Source: a virus. From it: a stretch of 64,000 nucleotides of DNA. A program made the translations under genes and the position numbers. Location: the IMG/VR virus record IMGVR_UViG_3300022745_000628, positions 32,001-96,000 of that record. One strand, written 5' to 3'. Position 1 is the first letter of the stretch. Every line of letters starts with the position of its first letter. The notes beneath the pieces are model-generated. The model searched no databases and had not been told where the DNA came from. It saw nothing but the letters and a program-made list of their open reading frames with translations. Positions 7,905-16,508 of the stretch are shown one piece after another.

Positions 7905-8190
7905 TGTACCAGCGCCTATAACGGTAAATGAGAAAATGTGGGATCGCACAATCCGCGGGTCTTATATTATTACGACTAACCGCTATTTCAACAAGCCCGA
8001 TGACAATTGTTTTGATGGAGATCTGGTAATGGTCGTGTCGAAAGTCCGTGCACTTATCGACACCAATAACAAGATGTGTGCTGCGTTCGAGATCCAGTGG
8101 CGCTACCAGCGAGCCGCATACATGGCATCGATCGCTCAAGCTAACACGTTAGGCTGTGAGATAGACGAATACATTCCACTACTTTGGTAA
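7879..8190 (+). CDS. NxxMW-family small protein (ATG 7879)
   Basis: VNEKMWDRT ... PDDNCFDG. Confidence 0.8.
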   Translation: MTSTSQNGNVPAPITVNEKMWDRTIRGSYIITTNRYFNKPDDNCFDGDLVMVVSKVRALIDTNNKMCAAFEIQWRYQRAAYMASIAQANTLGCEIDEYIPLLW

Positions 8191-8201
8191 CGGGCTAGTT
8201 A

Positions 8202-8522
8202 ATGCAAACAACGCAACACAATGTTGAAATTTTGACTCCGAATAATAAAATGTGGGACAAGCTGCTGTATGCGACAGCCGGGAGAGTAGCCAAAATACCC
8301 GCGAATTTAGAACTGTATACTCCGGGCAATATATGGGGTACGTATATCGCGCACTGGCATATTAACCACCTGTTTAGCTGTAAAATGGCTGTGGTGCAAC
8401 TGGACGAAGTCGTAGAAGTGTTGTGTGGCGGGGATATGCGCATACGCGCGTACGTAAGTACATATTCGTACATCGATTTTGTTATACGTACCGCGATATA
8501 CGCACATACAGACAAATTTTAA
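8202..8522 (+). CDS. NxxMW-family small protein
   Basis: PNNKMWDKL. Confidence 0.8.
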   Translation: MQTTQHNVEILTPNNKMWDKLLYATAGRVAKIPANLELYTPGNIWGTYIAHWHINHLFSCKMAVVQLDEVVEVLCGGDMRIRAYVSTYSYIDFVIRTAIYAHTDKF

Positions 8523-8525
8523 ATT

Positions 8526-8765
8526 ATGCTGCCAACCATAAATACTAAGATGTGGTGGACATTGTCGCCTAGTCACGGCCCTATTACGCGAGATATACAG
8601 ATAAATCGCGGCTTCTCGGTGGGTACCCCTGCATTGGCAGTTCGGATGCACATGCACCTCGATCAAAACATTAATATTTTTTACAGTTTGAATTATAAAT
8701 CTCCGTATAGTTCTGTGGAGTCGATCGTGCAAAGTATCGCTAAAAGAATGTGTGCTGACAGGTGA
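8526..8765 (+). CDS. NxxMW-family small protein
   Basis: INTKMWWTL. Confidence 0.8.
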   Translation: MLPTINTKMWWTLSPSHGPITRDIQINRGFSVGTPALAVRMHMHLDQNINIFYSLNYKSPYSSVESIVQSIAKRMCADR

Positions 8766-9031
8766 TTACAGGCAACAGTGTCAGCAAACGAATGTGGGAA
8801 AAATTAACAATACCCGGCTGGATTGCTGTCGGATGCATAGTTGCTCCACAAATAGGTGTTATGTCCGCGGATGGCGGATTGTTTAGCCGTGTACACGACA
8901 TATGTCCAGCGGGCGACGGCGCGCAATTTTGGTTGCAATCCGCGCCTCAGAATTTTATGGCGCATTTCATACGTAAAGAATTAGCGCACATCTGTATCGC
9001 CATCGCTATACAGAATAGCGGTCGCGCATGA
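8762..9031 (+). CDS. NxxMW-family small protein
   Basis: VSKRMWEKL; GTGA overlap. Confidence 0.8.
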   Translation: MITGNSVSKRMWEKLTIPGWIAVGCIVAPQIGVMSADGGLFSRVHDICPAGDGAQFWLQSAPQNFMAHFIRKELAHICIAIAIQNSGRA

Positions 9032-9273
9032 CTAACTATATCCCACTAAATATCCGGATGTGGCACAAGTTAAGTGGCGGGTATATTGCGGGTAGTTCGT
9101 TAAAATCCAGCTCGAAGTATGGCGGTATTTTGGATGCTCCACACGCAGGTATTTCGGTACAAGGCTACACCATGCACAATCTGTTTCTACACAACGCTTG
9201 CGAGGAAATAGCACACTTTAACTATGGTAACACAATTAGGCTATATAGCCTATTTGCGCACCTACTGTACTAG
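9028..9273 (+). CDS. NxxMW-family small protein
   Basis: LNIRMWHKL; ATGA overlap. Confidence 0.8.
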   Translation: MTNYIPLNIRMWHKLSGGYIAGSSLKSSSKYGGILDAPHAGISVQGYTMHNLFLHNACEEIAHFNYGNTIRLYSLFAHLLY

Positions 9274-9293
9274 TATGTCTGATCGGAGGTAAC

Positions 9294-9566
9294 GTGAATT
9301 CGACAATTGCAGTTAGCATGCATATGATAGCGATTGGGGCAAAAAATACTGCGGTTCCGACTAATGGAACCACATGGAGTATAGGCGCCTGGGAGGTGCT
9401 CAAGGCGTCGTACAATACATGCGGGGACGCCTATGGCAAGAGTAGTGTATTGACGCTACTACTAAATCCAATTGTTTATAGATGGCGTAATGTTGCGAAA
9501 AGTGTCTACATTCTTGAGATCATAGAGGCTGCCAAAATTTCAGAGGAGGTAGAAGTATGTTTATGA
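9294..9566 (+). CDS. Small protein in the array, motif barely recognisable
   Basis: GGAGG upstream of GTG; same size and packing; VSMHMIAI is only a weak match. Confidence 0.55.
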   Translation: MNSTIAVSMHMIAIGAKNTAVPTNGTTWSIGAWEVLKASYNTCGDAYGKSSVLTLLLNPIVYRWRNVAKSVYILEIIEAAKISEEVEVCL

Positions 9567-9817
9567 GAGACCTAATACAAATTCAAATATATCAAAAGCT
9601 TAGCGACGACCAAATCTGCCCGTCGCGAATAACACGTGAAACGCGGCTATTCCATCATGAACTATATCCGGCAATTAGGAAAACTGTCGGGACTAGGCTG
9701 GGTAGTTACGCTAGTTTTATGGATCACGCCCTTACCTTTGACGTGCAGGCAGACATACTGTCCGAGTTGTACAACCATTTGCCTAAATCGTGGGGAGATA
9801 GCGTTGTTACTAGCTGA
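9557..9817 (+). CDS. NxxMW-family variant
   Basis: IQIQIYQKL; GAGGAGG upstream. Confidence 0.65.
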   Translation: MFMRDLIQIQIYQKLSDDQICPSRITRETRLFHHELYPAIRKTVGTRLGSYASFMDHALTFDVQADILSELYNHLPKSWGDSVVTS

Positions 9818-10052
9818 TCAAATGTGGCATAAAATTAATCACGGTCGTATGAGCGGGCACGACATAAAGCCCGTTCATTTTGCAAGCATAGACTTGCGAG
9901 TGTGCGTGTTGCGGCAATTGGAGTACTCACACGCTATGTCCGATTGGATGCATGCTGCTGATGGGTTGCACAGCACCTTTACAGCAGTATCGCGCGCCAT
10001 GTACCGGCGAACCGCAACACTAACATATTTCAAACAATCGGTAAGAGTATGA
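9804..10052 (+). CDS. NxxMW-family small protein (TTG 9804)
   Basis: GGGGAG upstream; LADQMWHKI. Confidence 0.75.
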   Translation: MLLADQMWHKINHGRMSGHDIKPVHFASIDLRVCVLRQLEYSHAMSDWMHAADGLHSTFTAVSRAMYRRTATLTYFKQSVRV

Positions 10053-10270
10053 AAAACCTGGGAGATAGAACGATAGCCTGGCACATGCTGCGACTTACAG
10101 TTACCAGTGCGTATACCGAGTATATGCGTGTAGTAGAATCAAGCGCACTAGGGTTCTATTATTCAGATGTTGCGACTATAAAAAACATACATAGTTTTGC
10201 GTATAAAAATAAGCACCGCATGGAACAACCGGTGCTTCGTCGTATGGCGGAGTGTATTGCCAATGGTTAA
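10049..10270 (+). CDS. Degenerate array member
   Basis: IAWHMLRLT; ATGA overlap. Confidence 0.55.
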   Translation: MKNLGDRTIAWHMLRLTVTSAYTEYMRVVESSALGFYYSDVATIKNIHSFAYKNKHRMEQPVLRRMAECIANG

Positions 10271-10565
10271 ACGACGAATTAAATTGCGAAAAGGTATTCA
10301 CATTAACAAGCTACCTAATCGGAAAATGTGGTTAAGTCTGTGTCTACGCGCTACAATCAGGGATACGTCTTCCGATCAATACGCTGTCGACGGCTATTCA
10401 TACGCTGGTCCGCTGTGTTCTGAGCAATATCCACATGCGCTGTGGTTGGACGAAATGCTATGGATACAGCGCTGGCAGTTTGTTAATTACGACACTTTTT
10501 ACACTTTTACAAATCTCATAGAATATGACCATTTGCGGCTTATTGTAAAACGTTTACAAGGGTAG
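10263..10565 (+). CDS. NxxMW-family small protein (ATG 10263)
   Basis: PNRKMWLSL ... YSYAG. Confidence 0.8.
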   Translation: MVKRRIKLRKGIHINKLPNRKMWLSLCLRATIRDTSSDQYAVDGYSYAGPLCSEQYPHALWLDEMLWIQRWQFVNYDTFYTFTNLIEYDHLRLIVKRLQG

Positions 10566-10569
10566 TTAT

Positions 10570-10794
10570 ATGCTTAATCAAAAAATGTGGGCACTGCTGA
10601 GCTTAGACGGTTATGGCGGCGACGGGTCTCCATGCTATACATTTATGAATGTCAGAAAGCCTAGACGACTCTTTGCGCAGATAGAAGCATTTATTCTGCC
10701 TTGGTTTTTATTAAACAGACACAACAACTTACAGAACAAGCATATAGATAACGAAGTTACACATATTGCGAGTGACGCCATATGGAAAATATAG
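10570..10794 (+). CDS. NxxMW-family small protein
   Basis: LNQKMWALL. Confidence 0.8.
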   Translation: MLNQKMWALLSLDGYGGDGSPCYTFMNVRKPRRLFAQIEAFILPWFLLNRHNNLQNKHIDNEVTHIASDAIWKI

Positions 10795-10991
10795 CACGGC
10801 AGATGCAACCAGGCATAGACGGATTTGATAAGACTACATCCGCTCTGGTTGGAGCACCATTCGAAGAATGTGCGTGGATTTTACACTACGGAGTCAGAAC
10901 GCCATACAGTTGTTATCGAGAACTTGAAAAGGCGGTAACCGTTTTTTGTGACAAATTGGAGGCGGCACAATATGAACACCTCTGCGTTTAA
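10782..10991 (+). CDS. Degenerate array member
   Basis: IARQMQPGI is a weak match; overlapped packing. Confidence 0.55.
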   Translation: MENIARQMQPGIDGFDKTTSALVGAPFEECAWILHYGVRTPYSCYRELEKAVTVFCDKLEAAQYEHLCV

Positions 10992-11277
10992 AAAACCGCG
11001 CACGATACAACTTCAGATGTTGGAAAAGCTCGTATTAGACCATACAGATCCTCAGTTTTTGACTGGTCCTACGCATAACGGTTTTTTTGGTATCGGCGTA
11101 GCCCGCATAAACAATCGCGTATGGCCGTGCCGGTGGACATGCTGCTCCGAGCTTGCGTACTATATCAGAGGCACGTACGGTATGGAGGCAAAGTTGCGAT
11201 ATACAACGTTACTGTGCATAGACATAACAAGTATAGACAGTCTTTCTGGAGAATGGTGGCATGCAGCCGAAGCTTAA
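10972..11277 (+). CDS. NxxMW-family variant (ATG 10972)
   Basis: IQLQMLEKL; 20-nt overlap. Confidence 0.65.
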   Translation: MNTSAFKKPRTIQLQMLEKLVLDHTDPQFLTGPTHNGFFGIGVARINNRVWPCRWTCCSELAYYIRGTYGMEAKLRYTTLLCIDITSIDSLSGEWWHAAEA

Positions 11278-11515
11278 CGTATTGATGTGGAAAAAGATAG
11301 CATTGGTAAGGCCGGCACGTGCTGAAAAACCTAGTTTTGTGGTATACGCCGGAGTGTTTTTTGCTAATGAAATTGACGCAGACTCGATCATAGCGTGCGT
11401 AACCTATATGTGCGATATTGTTTTGGCATATGCGCTGGCAGGATACAAGCCGCATGGAGACGTCATCACGAACGTCTTTGTCAATTATACGGATGGGATA
11501 GACGTTGGGATATAA
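11261..11515 (+). CDS. NxxMW-family small protein
   Basis: LNVLMWKKI ... PSFVVYAG. Confidence 0.85.
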   Translation: MQPKLNVLMWKKIALVRPARAEKPSFVVYAGVFFANEIDADSIIACVTYMCDIVLAYALAGYKPHGDVITNVFVNYTDGIDVGI

Positions 11516-11801
11516 AACAAAATCGGGAGCTGTCATGATCAATCGTCAAATGTGGAACAAGCTTGCTTTTTTCGGAATTTGGCCAGGCGAACCTCCGAGT
11601 AGTGTGCAATACGTCGGCATGCCGACACCTTGTGTAGTTAAGTTTAGAAATGTGCGCGGCGCTGTGGTAAAAGATGACCACATACATGGAGCGCAATACT
11701 ACGCAGCGCAACTCGATCTACAGCAAGGCTCTTTAGAGGATAGCCTGCTATGGCACTTACACTCGCAAGTTGAATGGGTTATTACATATAAGAATGGGTA
11801 G
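11505..11801 (+). CDS. NxxMW-family small protein (ATG 11535 is an alternative start)
   Basis: INRQMWNKLA ... PSSVQYVG. Confidence 0.85.
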   Translation: MGYKTKSGAVMINRQMWNKLAFFGIWPGEPPSSVQYVGMPTPCVVKFRNVRGAVVKDDHIHGAQYYAAQLDLQQGSLEDSLLWHLHSQVEWVITYKNG

Positions 11802-11809
11802 CGGTAGCA

Positions 11810-12070
11810 ATGCTAAGAATCAATCTAAAAATGCAGGGTAAACTTGTAATGTTTCAAGAATCGCCGGGTCTTAATAGTGGGAATCGGCGGTACTACGGCT
11901 CGGCATATTGTTATATACTTCAAAATAACATGCTAAACAATCTCAGCACATTTAGTCAGTTGGACAATACGCTATTTAAAAGTAACTTCAAATTTAGCTC
12001 CACTACGCTCGCGCCGGACGTAGCCATTTCTAATATTGTGAGTCTCTCAGATGATAAATCAATCCATTAA
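11810..12070 (+). CDS. NxxMW-family variant
   Basis: INLKMQGKL ... RYYG. Confidence 0.75.
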   Translation: MLRINLKMQGKLVMFQESPGLNSGNRRYYGSAYCYILQNNMLNNLSTFSQLDNTLFKSNFKFSSTTLAPDVAISNIVSLSDDKSIH

Positions 12071-12329
12071 TAATAAAATGTGGGTTAAACTCGCGCTAGT
12101 AGTTACGCGTAATTACAACTATGCTGTAAATAACTGGCTATACGCAGGGCGCGCGCCGGCTTACATTTCCGACTGGATACACTATGACGCCTATTGTTAT
12201 ATTGTGCAAGTAACCAATACAATATTGCATTCGCATTCTCTGCATGTATCAGCTGCGCCAGAGGCTTACTTAAACATTACAGTACGCTTTTACCTGAATA
12301 GGAAATATAATGGTCACAGTAAATCGTGA
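12051..12329 (+). CDS. NxxMW-family small protein
   Basis: INNKMWVKLA ... LYAG; 20-nt overlap. Confidence 0.85.
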   Translation: MINQSINNKMWVKLALVVTRNYNYAVNNWLYAGRAPAYISDWIHYDAYCYIVQVTNTILHSHSLHVSAAPEAYLNITVRFYLNRKYNGHSKS

Positions 12330-12489
12330 AATGGAGGCAAAACTTGCCGAGGGGAAATCGATGATTAGCATCCGAATGCTCTGCGTTGGGGCCATACACT
12401 ATAAACTTACTGTTGAAGTGCCAGACCACAATATAAAAGACATCATCACGCACATTGTGCACCATACCTACTCGAGAACAAATGCGTAG
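12310..12489 (+). CDS. NxxMW-family variant, 59 aa, missing from the ORF track
   Basis: Hand translation MVTVNREMEAKLAEG...YSRTNA*; 20-nt overlap with the previous gene. Confidence 0.7.
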   Translation: MVTVNREMEAKLAEGKSMISIRMLCVGAIHYKLTVEVPDHNIKDIITHIVHHTYSRTNA

Positions 12490-12799
12490 TATTTTGCAGC
12501 AGATGTGGGATAAGCTATGTATATGGTCAGCGGTTTATAGCTCAGACTTAGATAATTCAATGGGTAATCATATGTATAGTGGCGTGACGCGTCCATACTA
12601 TAACGTAGCCAATTGTTCCGCGCGCCATAGCGCTGACTTGGAAATAGTTCTGAAACATCGCTCTGCGATGTATGACTGTTTTGCAGCTCAAAGAAACTCG
12701 CCATTACGCACCAGCGCTGTACATGGAATAATAGGAAAATATGACTATGCCGCGATCTCTAGACGGAAGGTTAAAATAAAGTCCCGTGTTGACGCTTAA
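12482..12799 (+). CDS. NxxMW-family small protein (ATG 12482; GTG 12455 alternative)
   Basis: ILQQMWDKL ... MYSG. Confidence 0.8.
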   Translation: MRSILQQMWDKLCIWSAVYSSDLDNSMGNHMYSGVTRPYYNVANCSARHSADLEIVLKHRSAMYDCFAAQRNSPLRTSAVHGIIGKYDYAAISRRKVKIKSRVDA

Positions 12800-13022
12800 T
12801 CAACGAATGTGGAAGACGCTTGCGTTTGGAGGCAGCCTAATGGTTCACTATCCTAGTGATATACGGTACCTAGGCTACAGCTGGTATACTTTTGAAATAA
12901 GAAAAGTCGTAGATAGGGAGGTAGTATACTCCATACTGTATCCGTGGCCTTTAAAATTACATATCAGCGTAGCAGCGGCGTTCGCCAATTCGGCATATCT
13001 TGAGGAGTATCGTTGGTACTAA
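12786..13022 (+). CDS. NxxMW-family small protein, last in the array
   Basis: LNQRMWKTLA ... PSDIRYLG. Confidence 0.85.
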   Translation: MLTLNQRMWKTLAFGGSLMVHYPSDIRYLGYSWYTFEIRKVVDREVVYSILYPWPLKLHISVAAAFANSAYLEEYRWY

Positions 13023-13048
13023 AGTACCGAGTTATATATGCGAAGCAC

Positions 13049-13082
13049 CTAAATTTAAGCCATAAATGCGTCATATATAGTG
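13049..13082 (+). promoter_or_regulatory. Bipartite motif copy 1, putative phage promoter
   Basis: CTAAAT-N13-GCGTCATATATAGTG. Confidence 0.7.
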
Positions 13083-13172
13083 TAGGAGGTCGGTATTGCT
13101 GTGCGGCATACCGATATGTGGCAGCGCTAGTGCTGTGCGAATATATAGGTCTTTACTTTTAGGAGTTCCATA

Positions 13173-13646
13173 GTGAACACATGTACCGAGTTTGAGCGCA
13201 ATGTGCAACTAATCAGTTTGAAACTGATCCCGATCATTTCGAAACAGGCAAGCATAACCTGCTTGGCAGATGTGACCAGTCTGGCCATAGTTATGTTGAA
13301 CAACATAAACGAAGCCGTTGAGCAGTGCCCACGGTTAAACCGAGACACGGTTATTACACTGGCCGTCCAAATTTTCGATATCGAGCTCAATCGTCCGATC
13401 GCTGAAGGCGATGATGCCGAAGGTATGGAATGGATGGCTCTGGCGAAACACAGCGCGGTCGAAGCGCTGAAAATCTGTTCGGAGCTGTCAAACCGCATGC
13501 AAGCGGCTATGGACAGAGATATTACGCAACGTAAAGTGCAACGTACTTTATACGTATCGCATTACATCGGAAAGGCGCTTCGCGGTGTCCGCGGTGCGAC
13601 AACTCGAATTTGGAATATCCGATCGCGCGCACGCGCGCACGCGTAA
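13173..13646 (+). CDS. Hypothetical protein, predicted helical
   Basis: 157-aa ORF downstream of motif copy 1; GGAG upstream. Confidence 0.7.
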   Translation: MNTCTEFERNVQLISLKLIPIISKQASITCLADVTSLAIVMLNNINEAVEQCPRLNRDTVITLAVQIFDIELNRPIAEGDDAEGMEWMALAKHSAVEALKICSELSNRMQAAMDRDITQRKVQRTLYVSHYIGKALRGVRGATTRIWNIRSRARAHA

Positions 13647-13667
13647 AACGTATGTGCTGAACGGGTA

Positions 13668-14021
13668 ACAACAGCATGTCGTCAAGCGCTGTTGTCAGTG
13701 CATATGTCGGGTGGCGTGTGATATTGTTGCTAGTTTAGCACGGTACTCACACGCCACTTTAATACACTCTGGGTCGCAGTATCCAGAGCACGCGAGCGGG
13801 TAATGATTAACTTGAGACCGCAACTCAAGTCCCCGCTCGCTTCTTTTTAACTCGTACTGCTGTAGCCAACTGCGTTGCGGTACTGGCTACGATGTGGCAT
13901 GAGGCGCTGGGTGTTACCAGGTAATTACTTATTGTTTTCCATCCTATAAGTGATATCGGGAAAAACAACTGCGCATTTTGGCATGCGCAGTTGTCGGTAG
14001 CGCCCAGCGCTTTTTTTTTTT
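13668..14021 (+). ncRNA. Candidate structured RNA(s), two multi-stem units each ending in a U-tract
   Basis: Stems at 13711-21/13747-57, 13792-800/13832-40 enclosing 13810-16/13824-30, 13862-68/13884-90, and 13904-11/14003-10 enclosing 13965-75/13984-94. Confidence 0.55.
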
Positions 14022-14122
14022 GATTTGACCAACTGTTTAAAAGCGAGGATCGTTTTGACAACTTTTTATATGTCGTTTTGCATCATTCCAGCTAGTGCTC
14101 GGCAGCTGGCCATCACACAAGT

Positions 14123-14518
14123 GTGCAGATGAGTGCCAAAGCAGGCTCAATAAAACGAATTCGTAATAGGATTGTAGCCGAGTTACAGCAGGATATCCTT
14201 GCGCAATCGGATGCGCAAAGTCTTTACATAATTAGCTATCCATCGGCTGAAACGGGATCGCAACCTATTTATAGATACTTTAACGGTAAGTTTGACGGGA
14301 CTGTGTCCACACACGACCTAGGTGCATTTTTGCAGGTGTGTCAATTGTTTATCCGTTTATCTAATAAAAATGTGCGAGTGATGCATCTCGGTAATATGCA
14401 GCCTTACACGCCGTTTAACCCAAAACTTGCTACGCAAGTAATATCCGGGTTTGAAACATGTGGAGACCTTTTTACACGCAAAGCGTTGATTGCGAAATAT
14501 GCTGTCATTTCAAAGTGA
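14123..14518 (+). CDS. Hypothetical protein
   Basis: 131-aa ORF starting an overlapping three-gene run. Confidence 0.65.
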   Translation: MQMSAKAGSIKRIRNRIVAELQQDILAQSDAQSLYIISYPSAETGSQPIYRYFNGKFDGTVSTHDLGAFLQVCQLFIRLSNKNVRVMHLGNMQPYTPFNPKLATQVISGFETCGDLFTRKALIAKYAVISK

Positions 14519-14789
14519 CCGCGAACACGTGGTAAGGTATTTTAACAGTATGCGCTGGTCGCGTGTGCCTACCGGGTCTTGGCCAACGCGAAACATCACT
14601 GCTTTTGCACATATATTGTCTACGCGTTCCGTCGCTATAGCGGGTACCAACGCCTACTGGCTCGCGGCCAACATTAGAAACGATTCAGATAGTGCGCTGG
14701 AAGATTTATTTATCCGACGCAATGCGCGATTACCACAGGCGGTGTTTATATACTTACTCGCGCTACGCGCTGATGGTTTAGATGAATAA
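14490..14789 (+). CDS. Hypothetical protein
   Basis: Overlaps both neighbours. Confidence 0.6.
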   Translation: MRNMLSFQSDREHVVRYFNSMRWSRVPTGSWPTRNITAFAHILSTRSVAIAGTNAYWLAANIRNDSDSALEDLFIRRNARLPQAVFIYLLALRADGLDE

Positions 14790-15180
14790 CCAAACCAGTT
14801 TTCAGCAGAATTTGCAGAGTGTGCTTGCGAACATGTATACCGTCATCCGATTTGCAGATACACGGCAAAACATTAACGTGTTTGGCCCGCAAGAAGCCAG
14901 CTATCAAATTAGAGATATCGATACTGGTAGATATGCGTTTGTGACGCACCAGTATTTATATTCGAAAGAAGGCATCGTAGTTTTAACGTGTAACGACTGG
15001 CCAGCGCTCGAGGAAGTGTGTGGGGCTACAGGTTTGGAATGGAATCCTACGAGCTCGAGTTTGGAGCGCATATTAACACAAAATGGTGTATCTGCGAATG
15101 TTAGCTCTGCGGAAATCGTTGGAGTAATAAGTCGCCCATTCGGGAACACATCGCACCTCGCGCGTTTACCGCAGCGATGA
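14782..15180 (+). CDS. Hypothetical protein
   Basis: 132 aa, 8-nt overlap. Confidence 0.7.
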   Translation: MNNQTSFQQNLQSVLANMYTVIRFADTRQNINVFGPQEASYQIRDIDTGRYAFVTHQYLYSKEGIVVLTCNDWPALEEVCGATGLEWNPTSSSLERILTQNGVSANVSSAEIVGVISRPFGNTSHLARLPQR

Positions 15181-15242
15181 TGTTAGTTACGCACGTTTAT
15201 TCGTAATAGTTTTGTTCTTCATATTTAACGGGAGATGTCGCG

Positions 15243-15764
15243 ATGAGTACCAATGTTTTGACCTACAAGTCCGGTTGGGACAATTTCTTGGACCGTAATC
15301 GATTTGAATTATGGCCGGTGTACAAGAAAAAGAAGGCTGAGTTCTCGCTGAAAGATTGGGCGTTTGCCACAGAAAACGAGATAATGCGTATTGCTGGTGC
15401 GGTGGCTCCGGCAATGACTACATATTGTGACGGAACGAGAGAGTTTTTGGCAAAGCCTGTTTGGCATGCCCGGCAAATAATCGAGATTCCGGCGTCATGG
15501 CTGTTACCCGTCAATAAAAAAGGCCACGCGGCTTGGGGCACTTCGGACACCTGGGCGTTTATACTGTCCGAAGAAGGGTTTCAGAGGCATCGCGAACGAC
15601 TTGTAGCTGGGTTTATCGATGAAACACGTGCGCCGAGCTACATGTCATTTGACGCTTTTGAAATTGTAATCAAAAGTATGATTACTCGGTGGAAGCAGGT
15701 CGTTTCCTGCCGAACTGTCAAGATGTCGCGTTGTAAACAAGTTGAAACTGGAGCTATGGTATGA
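15243..15764 (+). CDS. Hypothetical protein, paralogue of 15761-16153
   Basis: GGGAG upstream; shared WDxFxD, IPxxWLLPV, FILSxxG and MSRC. Confidence 0.8.
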   Translation: MSTNVLTYKSGWDNFLDRNRFELWPVYKKKKAEFSLKDWAFATENEIMRIAGAVAPAMTTYCDGTREFLAKPVWHARQIIEIPASWLLPVNKKGHAAWGTSDTWAFILSEEGFQRHRERLVAGFIDETRAPSYMSFDAFEIVIKSMITRWKQVVSCRTVKMSRCKQVETGAMV

Positions 15765-16153
15765 AAGTGCGTATGCGGGCTTGGGATATGTTTATGGATG
15801 ATCCGTCTGCGGACGAATATCCAATTGCGCGGGATCCTTATTGCGGAGACCGGATCGCGATGGGTATCGTAGATAGATCGGCAGGAGCATCCACATTGGA
15901 TATACCCGACAACTGGTTACTACCGGTCGGAGATGGCGGAGAATTGCACGCTCCGACGGATAGACACAACATTATCGGATTCATACTGTCGGCGCAAGGA
16001 TTGATCGACAACTACAAGCGCATACGTAACGGTTTTAATCGACAGCAAAAAACTGGGTTTGAAGCGTACGTGCTTTTAACACTCGAGAACGACTGTAGTT
16101 ATAAGGAAGCTACCGCGCGCAAGATTCAAATGTCACGATGCGTGCCATATTGA
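15761..16153 (+). CDS. Hypothetical protein, paralogue of 15243-15764
   Basis: ATGA overlap; same motifs in the same order. Confidence 0.8.
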   Translation: MKVRMRAWDMFMDDPSADEYPIARDPYCGDRIAMGIVDRSAGASTLDIPDNWLLPVGDGGELHAPTDRHNIIGFILSAQGLIDNYKRIRNGFNRQQKTGFEAYVLLTLENDCSYKEATARKIQMSRCVPY

Positions 16154-16363
16154 TTTGCACCTCGTAGTTGGCCGTCGTATAGGCTTATTTTTGAAAAGGT
16201 AGGGTATTCAACGAAAGTGAGTGCGCCGCCTGCGGGGTAGCGGCAATAACTGTTTGCGCGGACAACCGCCAAAGCATTGTCGCATTCCTCAAAGATTGCG
16301 ACATTAGCGACTATACCATTTGTGCTAATGATGTCGTACAGCAGACACTTTAATCTGTCTGAG

Positions 16364-16408
16364 CGGCCAGGTTGCGGATCTGTAAAAGGATCCGCAACTT
16401 GGTTTTTT
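16364..16408 (+). terminator. Intrinsic terminator
   Basis: About 14-bp stem CCAGGTTGCGGATC/GATCCGCAACTTGG followed by T6. Confidence 0.8.
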
Positions 16409-16424
16409 AGCTATCAGCTACTAG

Positions 16425-16458
16425 CTAAATTGCGAATAAATACGCGTCATATATAGTG
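16425..16458 (+). promoter_or_regulatory. Bipartite motif copy 2
   Basis: CTAAAT-N13-GCGTCATATATAGTG. Confidence 0.75.
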
Positions 16459-16508
16459 AGAATGACTTAGCATTTTGCGAGGTCGATAATTTAACATAGG
16501 AAACTATC

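Noticed and set aside
135-13022. Stop-codon reassignment fragmenting long genes
   Set aside because: Neighbouring ORFs are in different frames and overlap, each has its own start and N-terminal motif, all three stops are used, and long genes elsewhere read normally in the standard code.
135-13022. Integron cassette array or diversity-generating retroelement
   Set aside because: There are no intergenic attC-like inverted repeats, no tyrosine integrase, no reverse transcriptase and no template/variable repeat pair differing only at adenines in the window.
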